From contig OZ360235.1 of assembly GCA_977017645.1 (NCBI GenBank), positions 92,628,001 to 92,692,000 of the forward strand: DNA of 64,000 nucleotides, written 5' to 3'. Below the pieces are notes generated by a model that saw nothing but the letters and a program-made list of their open reading frames with translations, made no database searches and was not told the DNA's origin. Shown here in pieces: positions 1-9,624 of this stretch. The DNA comes from Torpedo marmorata. Lineage: Eukaryota. Position 1 is the first letter of the stretch. Every line of letters starts with the position of its first letter. The translations under genes and the position numbers were made by a program.

Positions 1-95
1 TTTTGGGCAAACCAGAGGGAGTTTTTCACCAAAATGATGATCTTCCAGCAGTTCTGGATGTCTGTCTCTGCATATGCTTCCCTTCTGTCACATGG
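1..95 (-). mobile_element. Tx1/L1-clade LINE ORF2 C-terminal remnant (cut by window edge)
   Basis: Minus-strand translation ...AETDIQNCWKIIILVKNSLWFAQ resembles the Tx1-type ORF2 C-terminal motif (ETxINCCWxxIxxVKxxLWxAR). Confidence 0.45.
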
Positions 96-240
96 CTGAC
101 AATTTACACTCAATAACCAGCAATGTTAGCTACTTTAACAGAGTGGTCACATATCCATTAATCATTATGCAATCTGGTGACAATCCATCTCTCAATCCAC
201 CAAGTAGGAAATTGGAAATAAAACCAGAAAAGTTTAAAAA

Positions 241-357
241 TAAAGGTAAAGGTTCCATTATTGTCACGTAATACTACATTTAGAATGTAACATACATGAA
301 ATTCTTTTTAATTTTTGTCTACCGTAAGGCAGACAGAGGGTCGCTATTTTGTCCAGC
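241..357 (-). mobile_element. 3' tail of a Rex1-type non-LTR/SINE-like element
   Basis: TAAAGGTAAAGGTTCCATTATTGTCACGTAATA, i.e. minus-strand ...GTGACAATAATGGAACCTTTACCTTTA; same tail recurs at 63957-64000. Confidence 0.55.
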
Positions 358-359
358 AA

Positions 360-1030
360 TAGAATTCAAGAAGATTCAAGAATCAATTTATTGTCATAGT
401 AATAAGACAGTGTCATATTCCATGAAATTTCTTTTTGCCTGCTGCAAGGCAGACAGATTCGCCACCGGCAGAAATTGCCTAAGCGCCTCTAACATTCCTT
501 ACAGTCAGAGAAAGAGAAGCAAAAGAGAGTCCCCCCAAGAGTCACCGAGTGTCCGTAGATTCGCCTCCAGCGCTTCTGCAGCCACACAGAGTCCAGTCCA
601 AACCATGGCAACCCGAGCTCCCAATCCGAACCTCCGACACGGTGAGGGCGCCCTCGGCGCCCCCTCGCATCCCGGTTCCGATACCTCCAGCCATTTCGAG
701 CCAGCCTCCAGCAGTCCGCAGCCCGGCGTGAGTCCCCCGACAGCAGTCTCCAGCAGCCCACAGCCTCTGCAGGTTCTTTGCCCCGAGTCGCCAGCAGCCC
801 GCCGCATGCACTGGTCCTTCAGCCTCAGAGCCCCTCACCGGTCAGTCACCGTCCCGTGGGTCATCTCCTCCGCTTCTGCTTCTCAGATGGGGGGTGATCT
901 TCCCGTCCTCTGGTGCCCTGCTCCAGTCCTTCGCTTCCCCGGAGTCTGCAGCCCCTCGTGGCTGCTGCCGGTTAAAAGGCGCTGCCATCTTGGGCGCAGA
1001 CCCCGTGGTCGCGGGATCTTAAATAAAATC
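360..1030 (-). mobile_element. Non-autonomous GC-rich retroelement with Rex1-like 3' end (3' part; 5' part at 2276-2400)
   Basis: Minus strand ends ATGACAATAAA + (TTGAATC)-type repeats; collinear with the + strand copy at ~40835-41530. Confidence 0.7.
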
Positions 1031-1032
1031 AC

Positions 1033-2275
1033 AGAAGATGTGACAAAGAGGGTGGACTTGGGAGAGCCAGTGGATGTGGTGTATTTGGACTTCCAGAAGG
1101 CCTTTGATAAGGTCCCGCACGGGAGACTAGTGGGCAAGATCAGGGAGCATGGTATTGAAGGTAAGGTGCTGACATGGATAGGAAATTGGTTAAGAAATAG
1201 GAAACAAAGGGTTGGGGTAAGCGGGTCTTTTTCAGGATGGCAGGATGTGACGAGTGGAGTGCCGCAGAGATCGGTGTTGGGTCCTCAGTTGTTTGTCATT
1301 TATGTAAATGATTTGGATGATGGGATTATTAATAACATGAGCAAATTTGCAGATGACACTAAACTGGGTGGCGGTGTAAAGTGTGAAGAGGATGTCAGGA
1401 AAATGCAGAGGGACTTGGACAGGTTGGGGGAGTGGGCTGAAGAATGGAAGATGAAGTTCAATGTGAGCAAATGTGAGGTTATCCATTTTGGGGGCAGTAA
1501 TAGGAAAGCTGAGTATTATTTAAATGGAGACAAGCTAGGGAGTGGGGAAGTGCAAATGGATCTGGGTGTACTTGTTCACCGGTCACTGAAGGCTAACATG
1601 CAGGTTCAGAAAGCTGTGAAGAAGGCAAATGGCATGTTGGCTTTCATAAAGAGGGGATTGGAGTATAGGAGCAGAGACGCCCTTCTGCAGATGTACAGGG
1701 CCCTGGTGAGACCCCACCTGGAGTATTGCGTCCAGTTCTGGTCTCCAAATTTGAGGAAGGACATACTAGCTATAGAGGGTGTGCAGCGCAGATTTACAAG
1801 GTGAGTTCCAGGGATGGCAGGGTTGACATATGCTGAAAGGTTAGAAAAACTGGACTTATATCCGATGGAGTTTAGAAGGATGAGGGGGGACATGATTGAG
1901 GTATACAAAATTATCAAGGGGATAGACAGGGTGAAGTCAGATTACTTGTTCCCAATGATGGGAGAGACGAGGACTAGAGGGCATAGTTTAAGAATACAGG
2001 GAAGGCCCTTTAGGACGGAGATGAGGAAAACATTTTTTACCCAGAGAAGTGTGAATCTGTGGAATGCTCTGCCACAGAGGGTGGTAGAGGCAGATTCACT
2101 GATTATGTTCAAAAGAGAGTTAGATAAGACTCTAGTGGGCAGAGGAGTTAAGGGTTATGGGGATAAGGCTGGAAAGGGGTACTGATAGTAGTGATCAGCC
2201 ATGATCTGTAAAATGGCGGTGCTGGCTCGACGGGCCGAAGGGCCTACTCCAGCTCCTATTGTCTATTGTCTATTG
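1033..2275 (+). mobile_element. 5'-truncated CR1 (HER1-like) LINE: RT domain and 3' UTR, single nonsense codon
   Basis: VDVVYLDFQKAFDKVPH, SGVPQRSVLGP, SKFADDTK, LVRPHLEYCVQFWSP; in-frame TGA at 1802-1804, ORF 1814-2185 continues in the same frame; (TCTATTG)n tail at ~2255-2275. Confidence 0.95.
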
Positions 2276-2400
2276 AGCGGAACCGACGGCAGTCAACTGG
2301 GCGGCTGGACCCCGCGGGATCTCCGTATCTCCGCTCCCAGCGGGTCTGCACCAGCGGCAGCGCTGCCGCTACAGCGGCTCCGGCAGCGCCGCCACAGAAT
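2276..2400 (-). mobile_element. 5' part of the non-autonomous element interrupted by the CR1
   Basis: Reverse complement GCGCTGCCGCTGGTGCAGACCCGC...CCCGCGGGGTCCAGCCGCCCAGTTGACTGCC matches 40865-40940. Confidence 0.75.
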
Positions 2401-2535
2401 ACTCAAGATGAAGCAGAATGCAAATAGTGCGGAGGATGGAGAGAACCTAACCCTAACACAAGAGATAAAAACTTGCTCAGCCAATGGGTGAGAACTTTAC
2501 TGAAAGAGTTCATGCAGAAATATTATTAATTTTAA

Positions 2536-2745
2536 TGATATAGCAGGGTAGAAGGCCCTTCTGGCACCTGAAACCTCTGCTGCCCAATTAGCCTACTAAC
2601 CCCGTACACTTTGGAGGGTGGGAGGAAACTGGAGCAACCGGAAAAAAAATCCACGCAGGTCACAGGAGGAACGTACAAACTCTGCAGACAGTGGTGGATT
2701 CGAACACCGGTCCCTGGCGCTGTAATACGATAATAATGCTGCCTT
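2536..2745 (-). mobile_element. HE1-like tRNA-derived V-SINE
   Basis: B-box GTTCGAATCC and V-domain (GAGTTTGTACGTT...GCTCCAGTTTCCTCCCAC) on minus strand; CR1-like tail. Confidence 0.8.
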
Positions 2746-3254
2746 GATTTAAAAAGTTTCAGGATGTAGAGCCAGCAGTGAAGGAACAGTCCTGATAGCA
2801 AGCAGGGATAACGGGTAAGGCCAAGAGGATGCGCCCACATGCCTGTCACCCGTGTCCTGGGTTTGGAAAGCACTGGTGGCGAGGGGGACTTTGCAGAGGA
2901 CAGCACGGAAGCCTGGTGTGGGGGGGGGGGGGGGGGGTGGGGGGGAAGTAGTGGAAGGAGGGAGGGAAAGTTTGCAGGAGTGCTTGGCCAATGATCCGTT
3001 CCAGCAAAAAGAGTCCCGACACCTGGCAGCTTTCAAACTGGGTGACATGCTCATTTGCAAAACAATCACTTCGTTGGAGATGATGCTCTGAATGGCCAGT
3101 TATATGCTACATGGAGCGTTTAACTTTATTCTGGTGATACACACAAAGATTTACTGGCACTGTTACCAAGCAACTGACAGGTATGTGCAAAGATAGGAAA
3201 GGAGGCTTTTGGTAAAGGAAGAGTTTAATATCTTTCAGCAAATAACAGCATCAA

Positions 3255-3390
3255 AAATGGTTTGATGAAGGGTTCAGCTCTGAAACGTCGACCATTCTTT
3301 CTCCTTCATTGATGCTGCTCGACCCACTGAGTTCCTCCAGCAGATTGATTTTTGTTCCAGAATGCAATGCCTGCTGTCTCCCTGTCTCCA
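3255..3390 (+). mobile_element. Penelope terminal-repeat remnant with hammerhead-like motif
   Basis: TTGATGAAGGGTTCAGCTCTGAAACGTC followed by GATGCTGC...CTGAGTTCCTCCAGCA, as in the other Penelope ends. Confidence 0.7.
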
Positions 3391-3399
3391 TTTAACTTC

Positions 3400-3665
3400 T
3401 GCAGTCCCTCAGGGTCTCCTTGATACACTAATCATAGATCGCTCCAACACCACAAAGAACTGTCTGCACTATTGCAAGTCGCTTTTTTGCATGAGGATTA
3501 CTATGAATATTTATTATCTGTCTTATGCATTTATTGTCTCTTTAATATAATTTAATTATTTTACTATTATAGTTTTCTTTACAAGTACCTGTTCAGCTGC
3601 AGCAAGTAGGAATTCCGGAGCATCTATACATTGTACTATGTGTATGACAATAAACTCTATCATTA
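3400..3665 (+). mobile_element. Rex1/Babar 3' UTR remnant
   Basis: Ends ATGACAATAAAC; homologous to the 3' ends at ~47230-47460 and ~50690-50930. Confidence 0.6.
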
Positions 3666-3818
3666 ATTTCTATGTCAGGAATTTCCAAAAGCAAATGGAT
3701 TTACAAGTGGAAAACACTGGTGCAATTTTAAGTAAGCCTGTGTGTTGACAAATATCTTGTTAATTACCAGAACTGCCAATTTCCAAATACAATTCATAAT
3801 GCTCCTGATACTTTAATC

Positions 3819-4618
3819 TCAGATTTCAGATTTATTGTCAGAGTACATACATGACATCACATACAACCCTGAGATTCTTTTCTCTGCAGGCGGGGCAGAA
3901 CCATCACTTATTGGCAGTGCAAAAAAAAAAAATGAATACAGCGTATACAAGAACTGCAAACAGACAACAAATGTAAACAAACTGATTGTGAAACACAGAG
4001 AATAAAACAAACAATAAAGTGCACAAGAGTCCTTAAATGAGTCCCTGATTGAGTTTGTTGTTGAGGAGTCTGATGGTGGAGGGGTAGCAGCTGTTCCTGA
4101 ACCTGGTGGTGTGAGTCTTGTGGCACTTATACCTCTTTCCTGATCGTAGCAGCGAGAACAGAGCGTGTGCTGGGTGATGTGGATCCTTGATGATTGCTGC
4201 TGCTCTCCGATGGCAGCATTCCCTGTAGATGTTCTCGATAGTGGGGAGGGTTTTGCCTGTGATGTCCTGGGCTGTGTCCACTACCTTTTGCAGGGCTTTA
4301 CACTCAGGGGTATTGGTGTCCCCATACCAGACCGTGGTTCAGCAATTTTCCGGGGTTTCTGATGTCATACCAAACCTCTGCAAACTCCTGAGGAAGTAGA
4401 GGCGCTGACGTGCTTTCTTCACAATGACATTCATGTGTTGGATCCAGGAAAGATCCTCCGAGATAGTGACTACCAAGAATTTAAATTTGCTCACCCTTTC
4501 CACCTCTGATCCCCCAATAATCACTGGATTGTATACCTCTGGCTTTCCTTTCCTGAAGTCAACAATCAGCTCCTTAGTTTTGGTGACATTGAGTGCGAGG
4601 TTGTTGTTGGTGCACAAA
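3819..4618 (-). mobile_element. 5'-truncated Rex1/Babar LINE (RT C-terminus/DUF1891 region and 3' UTR)
   Basis: NNNLALNVTKTKELIVDFRK, FKFL..ISEDLSW, KKARQRLYFLR, IIKDPHHPAHALFSLL.SG.RY; tail GACAATAAATCTGAAATCTGA. Confidence 0.9.
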
Positions 4619-4629
4619 GACATCTGTGA

Positions 4630-4765
4630 CTAAGAGCCGATAAAGGGCCTTGACTCGAAACGTTGGCTGACCAACTCTCTGCGCTGATGCTGCCTGACCC
4701 AGAGTCCCCCCAAATTCTCTTTGTTCCCTCACGATTCCAGCATCTGCAGTGCCTGTGTTTTTCTT
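4630..4765 (+). mobile_element. Degenerate Penelope terminal repeat
   Basis: GATAAAGGGCCTTGACTCGAAACGTTG...GATGCTGCCTGACC...TTCCAGCATCTGCAG. Confidence 0.55.
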
Positions 4766-5704
4766 GCATACAATTGGAACAACAAGCAGTAATTTAACCT
4801 GGGAGTTGTCACGCACAAGTGGCTGGAGAACTGTTCTTGCATTGCCCAAGACCAATTTATTTTTGTATGGCTTGATGCCACTTTGTTTAAAGAACATCTG
4901 CAAACATCAGCTCCAGACAAGTTTGACTTAAACATCCCAGAAAGTAATCCAAGCTGTAAGAATTTAAATTTTTTTTTTTAAATAACTCTCCGCATGGACA
5001 TTTAATTGACAGATGCAGCAAATATTTCTCTCCTCCAAAGGGCAGGGATATCCACAAGCTCCTAAGCAGCTCTACTTTGGACCATAGAATCTCACTTCAC
5101 ACAAAAGGTAGGACAAATACATCAGCTCTTTCTAAACAGTCCTGCAGAGTTTCAGTTCACTATCCATAGAAAAAAATAGGAGCAGAAGTCATCCATTCAG
5201 CCCTTCGAGCTTGTTCCACCATCCAATCGTTGCACCTCCTGTTTTCCGAATTGCTCACCTATCAGATAATAATCTGTCTTCCTCCTATTGCCACCAAATC
5301 CTCTAGAGATCATTGGAAAAATTGTGATTAGGAGTTGTGTTGTACTCTATCGACAGCTCACGACTCCTTCCATTGGCTGACAGACAGATGCAAATTACTT
5401 GAGGAGAGTTTATTGTCATATATAAAAGAACAAAGTATAGATGCACTGAAATTCCTTCTTGCTGCAGTCCCACAAGTACATAAAGCACATTAAAAAGTAC
5501 AAATTAAATTACCACAAGAGAAAATGAGAAACATTAAACAGCAAGTAAAAACTTCCATGCTTTCTTTTAAGAGGTAAAACACGAAAATCTGTAGACACCG
5601 TAGTTGAAGTAAAAACACAAAATGCTGGAGAAACTCAGCAGGTCAAACAGTGTCCTTTATATAGCAAAGGTAAAAATACATAACCGACGTTTCGGGCTTG
5701 AGCC

Positions 5705-7774
5705 CATGAGCGTATGGGGACTCTTTGGTTAAGGGGGGCAGAGGGGTTGATTTGCCTGAAATTTTACACAGATAAAAACACAGTACCAATTTCTAATAAA
5801 AAGTATTTTTATCAATCAACGATTCACAGTTAGCACAAATCACACAACATGCAACTTAAAATAAATATTGTTTTCTGCCTTTCTTAGCAGCAGAAATATC
5901 AATTATTTGGTCAAAGGCGCAATTTAAATGCAAGTTATTGCTATACAAACTGCATGCCATCACATTCTGCGAAGTTAAAGCACTCATTTTACAAAATAAA
6001 ATCCACTTAAGGAATCTCCAAACAACGCTCACATCCAGGAAGTCACAAGACAGTACTATCCAAATCTCATACCTACCCTGATCATGGATTGATGCAGAAT
6101 TAAAACAGTTTAACGTCTGTGATCGATCTCCCCATGAAAACGGCTCATGGAAAGAAAAAAAAATAAAGTAGGAAATCCAAATCTGTTCCTGATCACATGT
6201 CAGCACTGTACCGAAGTGAAACTTAGAAATGCAAGTGTGGCCGGAAGGGCCGGCGATACAGCACGAACTGGACGATTTGAAAAAAAGGTTTTCAAAAAGT
6301 TAAACAGCCCCGAGCCGTTAGGTTTGAGACGCCCCCTTTTGTGGTCACATTGGTTTCTCTCCCAGTTATTTAAAAAGCGCCATCGGGCAGATTCTTCCCG
6401 CCATGGCAATGTTCCGAGGATAGGATGTTACGACTTTCCAGAGTTGCAATGTTAGATTGTTGCGACTTCGCAACCTCCTTGCTCCTAAACCTTTGCTACC
6501 AATGTCTTTTCCCTCGACGTTGCAAAGGTCTAGTCAGTGGTTTCATTTGTTCTCATTAAAGACCCAATCACTTTTACGTTTCCAACCACCGACAGATTCC
6601 TCTCACTTTTTTGTTTGTCCAAAAGAAGCCACAATGGTGCCTTGTACAGTTATGACAAGCACTTTTCGCATGTTTTGTGAGCCGGTTTGTCTGTTTCCAG
6701 TTTTCAAAAGTAAAAGTGTTACCATGCATGAACACTTTACAAGGGTAACACGAAGCTTGACATTTGTCAATGTCATAGGTAAGCCAAGGATAAAGTTTAA
6801 ACCATTCACTCTTGAAATCTCTCAAACTAGACTCCTTACCAAATTTCTTTGGTTTATATCGTGTCAAAATTGGCTGATTTCGTCCAGTTTCAGTGATATT
6901 GTCCTGCGGAGCCAGTGGAGATTCATGGGTCACATTCACTTCATCGTCATTTTCGTCACTGGAAATATTTTCAGGCTCTGCAGAGACTCGAGGTTTTTTT
7001 TGCGATATCCTGATAGTCACTGTCAACAAAGCTGTTCTTGGCGATAGTTTGGGAAGTTGTGTGGGTTATAGATATATCACCTTTATCATTATCACTCCCT
7101 TCTTCTTTATCTGAAAGAATTGGCACTGAATGTTTTTCAAAAAAAGCAGTCAGTGTCTGTTGCGATTTTTTGGGCACTGGTGTGTAAAAGTCAGAGTCTG
7201 ACTGGCATGAACAGTCCTAACGTGTTTTTCTTTGTAATCAGAGTCTATTTGCTTGCCGCATTCTGCACATTTGATGCGTTGACGATAAAACCGTTTGCGT
7301 GGTTTTTTCCATGATGAGATTTGGTGTACATAATATGGATTTGGTGTCCGACAAGAACAGAACACGCACTGGGGAGAGCGACCCGTATAGCGCTGATCGA
7401 TGTTACTATAAATAGATTTCAGAGTGAGCGTGTTCGGCTTTCCATCCCTGGAAGTGGTACAAACATTGTTACATTTCAGCTGGCTAGGTGTGACCGACTC
7501 CCGATTTCCAAACCCGAACAAACTTGACAGTTAACTCGGAGAAATAAGAGCGTTGGGTTAATTCCTGTACTCCTGAAAAAATTTAATGGGGACAAATTTA
7601 AGAAGGTTGTTTATCAAGAATTTTGGTTGACTATTAGCCGGCAATTAATTTGCTTATCTTTTTGCTTTCTCTGTCCGATTTTTTTTCTTCTTGCTTTGCC
7701 CGAATTTTCCCCACTGTTTTGTCCAAATTTGGGAGGGCAGTTGACCCCCCCACACCCCGAGTCGCACGCCCTTG
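5705..7774 (-). mobile_element. Non-autonomous hAT DNA transposon (internally deleted; TTF-type zinc-finger/ZMYM1-like transposase remnant)
   Basis: 8-bp TSD CTTGAGCC at 5697-5704 and 7775-7782; imperfect TIRs CATGAGCGTA / CAAGGGCGTG; frameshifted N-terminus with RDFKSEWFKLYPWLTY...SCYPC...NWK...KHAKSACH; C-terminal DQIIDISAAKKGRK at ~5856-5920. Confidence 0.9.
6650..7330 (-). pseudogene. hAT transposase N-terminal pseudogene fragment (CxxC..H..H finger, acidic linker, TTF zinc finger)
   Basis: Overlapping frameshifted ORFs 7150-7521, 6971-7177 and 6574-7029; no DDE catalytic core visible. Confidence 0.8.
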
Positions 7775-8331
7775 CTTGAGCCCTTCATCAAGGTATGGAA
7801 AAATGTCGGCAGGCGCCCGAACAAAAGAGTTGGGGGGAGGGGTGGTTGTAAAGGCAGGAGGTGATCGGTGGAGAAGGGAGGGAGGGGACAGCAGCAATTA
7901 AGGGGAGGAGGGAGGGGGAAGGGAGGGAGGAGAACTGGAAAGGGGGAGGGGGAAGAGGAGAGCAGGTTAGCAGAAACCGGAAAAGTCAATGTTAATGCCA
8001 TCTGGCTGGAGAATGCCCAGATGGAAAATCAGGTGTTGTTCCTCCAATTTGCGGGTGGTCTTGGTGGGATAGTACATAAGGCCATTGTCAGACATGTGAG
8101 TATGGGAGTGTGACACACAACTGAAATGGTTGGCTACTGGGAGGTCTCTGTCACTGGTGCAGATGGAGCGAAGGTGCCCAGCGAAGCAATCTCCCAATCT
8201 GGGCCTAGTCTCTCTGATGTAGAGAAGGCCTGTGGAGGTAGCAGACCTTTGGTAGAATGAGTGCTTCCTATCTTCTCATTACTACCTTCAAAGTTACCTT
8301 CAGCACTTCCCTCCTCTTGTATTTCCTTTAG

Positions 8332-8545
8332 CCATACAGCACGGCAACAGGCCCTTCCGGCCCACAGGCCTCTGCCCCCAAATACACCAATTAACCTACA
8401 ACCCCGTACGGTTTTTTTTGAAGGAGGAAACCGAAGCCCCTGGGGAAAACCCACGCAGACATGGGGAGAACGTACAAACTCCTTACGGACAGCACTGGAT
8501 TCAAACCCCAGTTGCTGGTGCTGTACAGTGTTGCACTAACCGTTC
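8332..8545 (-). mobile_element. HE1-like V-SINE
   Basis: Minus strand GGGTTTGAATCC B-box; GTAAGGAGTTTGTACGTTCTCCCC V-domain. Confidence 0.85.
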
Positions 8546-8644
8546 TGCATTTACTGCTGCCTTGATAAAAACTGGCATTCAACTCTAATACATCAGCAAA
8601 AGTGACATCTTTCTTACTGGGTCACTTGCATTGCTGACAATCCA

Positions 8645-8947
8645 TTTTTCCCAAAAAATAAACTTTATTCACAATAAATTATTGAGAAAATAAAACCGTT
8701 CAGTCTTTTCACATCAGTGTCATATCCATACATTTCCATCAATGTACGTTGTTACATTTGTTCTCTATTTAGCACCATTGCCACCACTGTGACACCTTGT
8801 CATTATTCCCCCCCCCCCCTTTGTTGTTTGAGGGGACTTTCCCTCCATCTCAGCCCCTCAGCGTCCTTCAGCACGTACTCCTGTAGCCTGGAATGTGCCA
8901 GTCGGCAGTATGCCCTCACCGACATCTGTGTGCTGAAAGACAGCAAT
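8645..8947 (-). mobile_element. Tx1/L1-clade LINE 3' end
   Basis: Minus-strand translation MSVRAYCRLAHSRLQEYVLKDA; 3' UTR ending GTGAATAAAGTTTATTTTTTGGGAAAAA. Confidence 0.7.
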
Positions 8948-8949
8948 AT

Positions 8950-9290
8950 TAACTTCGTTTCCATTAACCCTTCCCCCACCCTCTTTCCCTGTCTCTCTAT
9001 CTCCTCACTCCCTTCCTCCTATCAGAGAGCTACCCTTCTAAGCCATTTCCCCTATCATTTCTCAGCCTCTTCATCTTCTACCCTCCCACCTGTATCCACC
9101 TATTATTTCTTGTGTTCCTCCCCCACCTTTTTATTCAGACATCTACCTGTTTTTCCAGATTTCTGACAAAGGGTCCAGGCCCGAAACATTGATTGCCTTG
9201 CAGTGCATGCTGTGTGACCTGCTGAGTTTCTCCAGCATGTTTATTTATTGTACTCAATCCCAGCATCTGCAGATTTTCTTGTTTAACTGA
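8950..9290 (+). mobile_element. Penelope 3' end / terminal repeat
   Basis: Pyrimidine-rich tract, then CTGACAAAGGGTCCAGGCCCGAAACATTG and CTGCTGAGTTTCTCCAGCA...CAGCATCTGCAGA. Confidence 0.7.
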
Positions 9291-9624
9291 TTGGCTCATC
9301 TCTTTTCAGGGCAACCCCCAAGTAGCCAGTTGCCTGTCCCTTTAATTCTACCTTCCCCTTTTGCCTCTTTACATTCCCCCCCCCCCCCACCAAAGTCCAA
9401 CGGAAGCTTAAGGAACAGAACGTCGTCTTCTGAGAAGGCACGTCAAGTCAGGTCAGAGAATTCAACAACCTCTGATAAATCAGCCGTTCCAGCTTTTAAT
9501 CAGATGATCCAGTTCTGACAAAGGCCATCAGCCTGAAACGCGAGATTTCTCTCTCTCCGCGGATGCTGCCCAACGCATTGAGTATTTCAAGCATCCCCCT
9601 ATCTCAGATTTCCAGTAGCTCCAG

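Larger units (their letters stand above)
5575..8230 (-). mobile_element. Penelope-like element 3' end (GIY-YIG fragment and terminal repeat), interrupted by the hAT at 5705-7774
   Basis: ORF 7967-8197 GDCFAGHLRS...PVANHF...RKLEEQHLIFHLG.LQP.GINIDF; terminal repeat at 5575-5704 joined to 7775-7970. Confidence 0.85.

Noticed and set aside
296-1804. 502-aa ORF as a host gene or intact reverse transcriptase
   Set aside because: The N-terminal half is antisense repeat sequence; the C-terminal half is a truncated CR1 RT ending in a nonsense codon.
6574-7029. Host ZMYM1-like zinc-finger gene
   Set aside because: Lies inside TIRs with an 8-bp TSD and is frameshifted and truncated, so it is a transposase relic.
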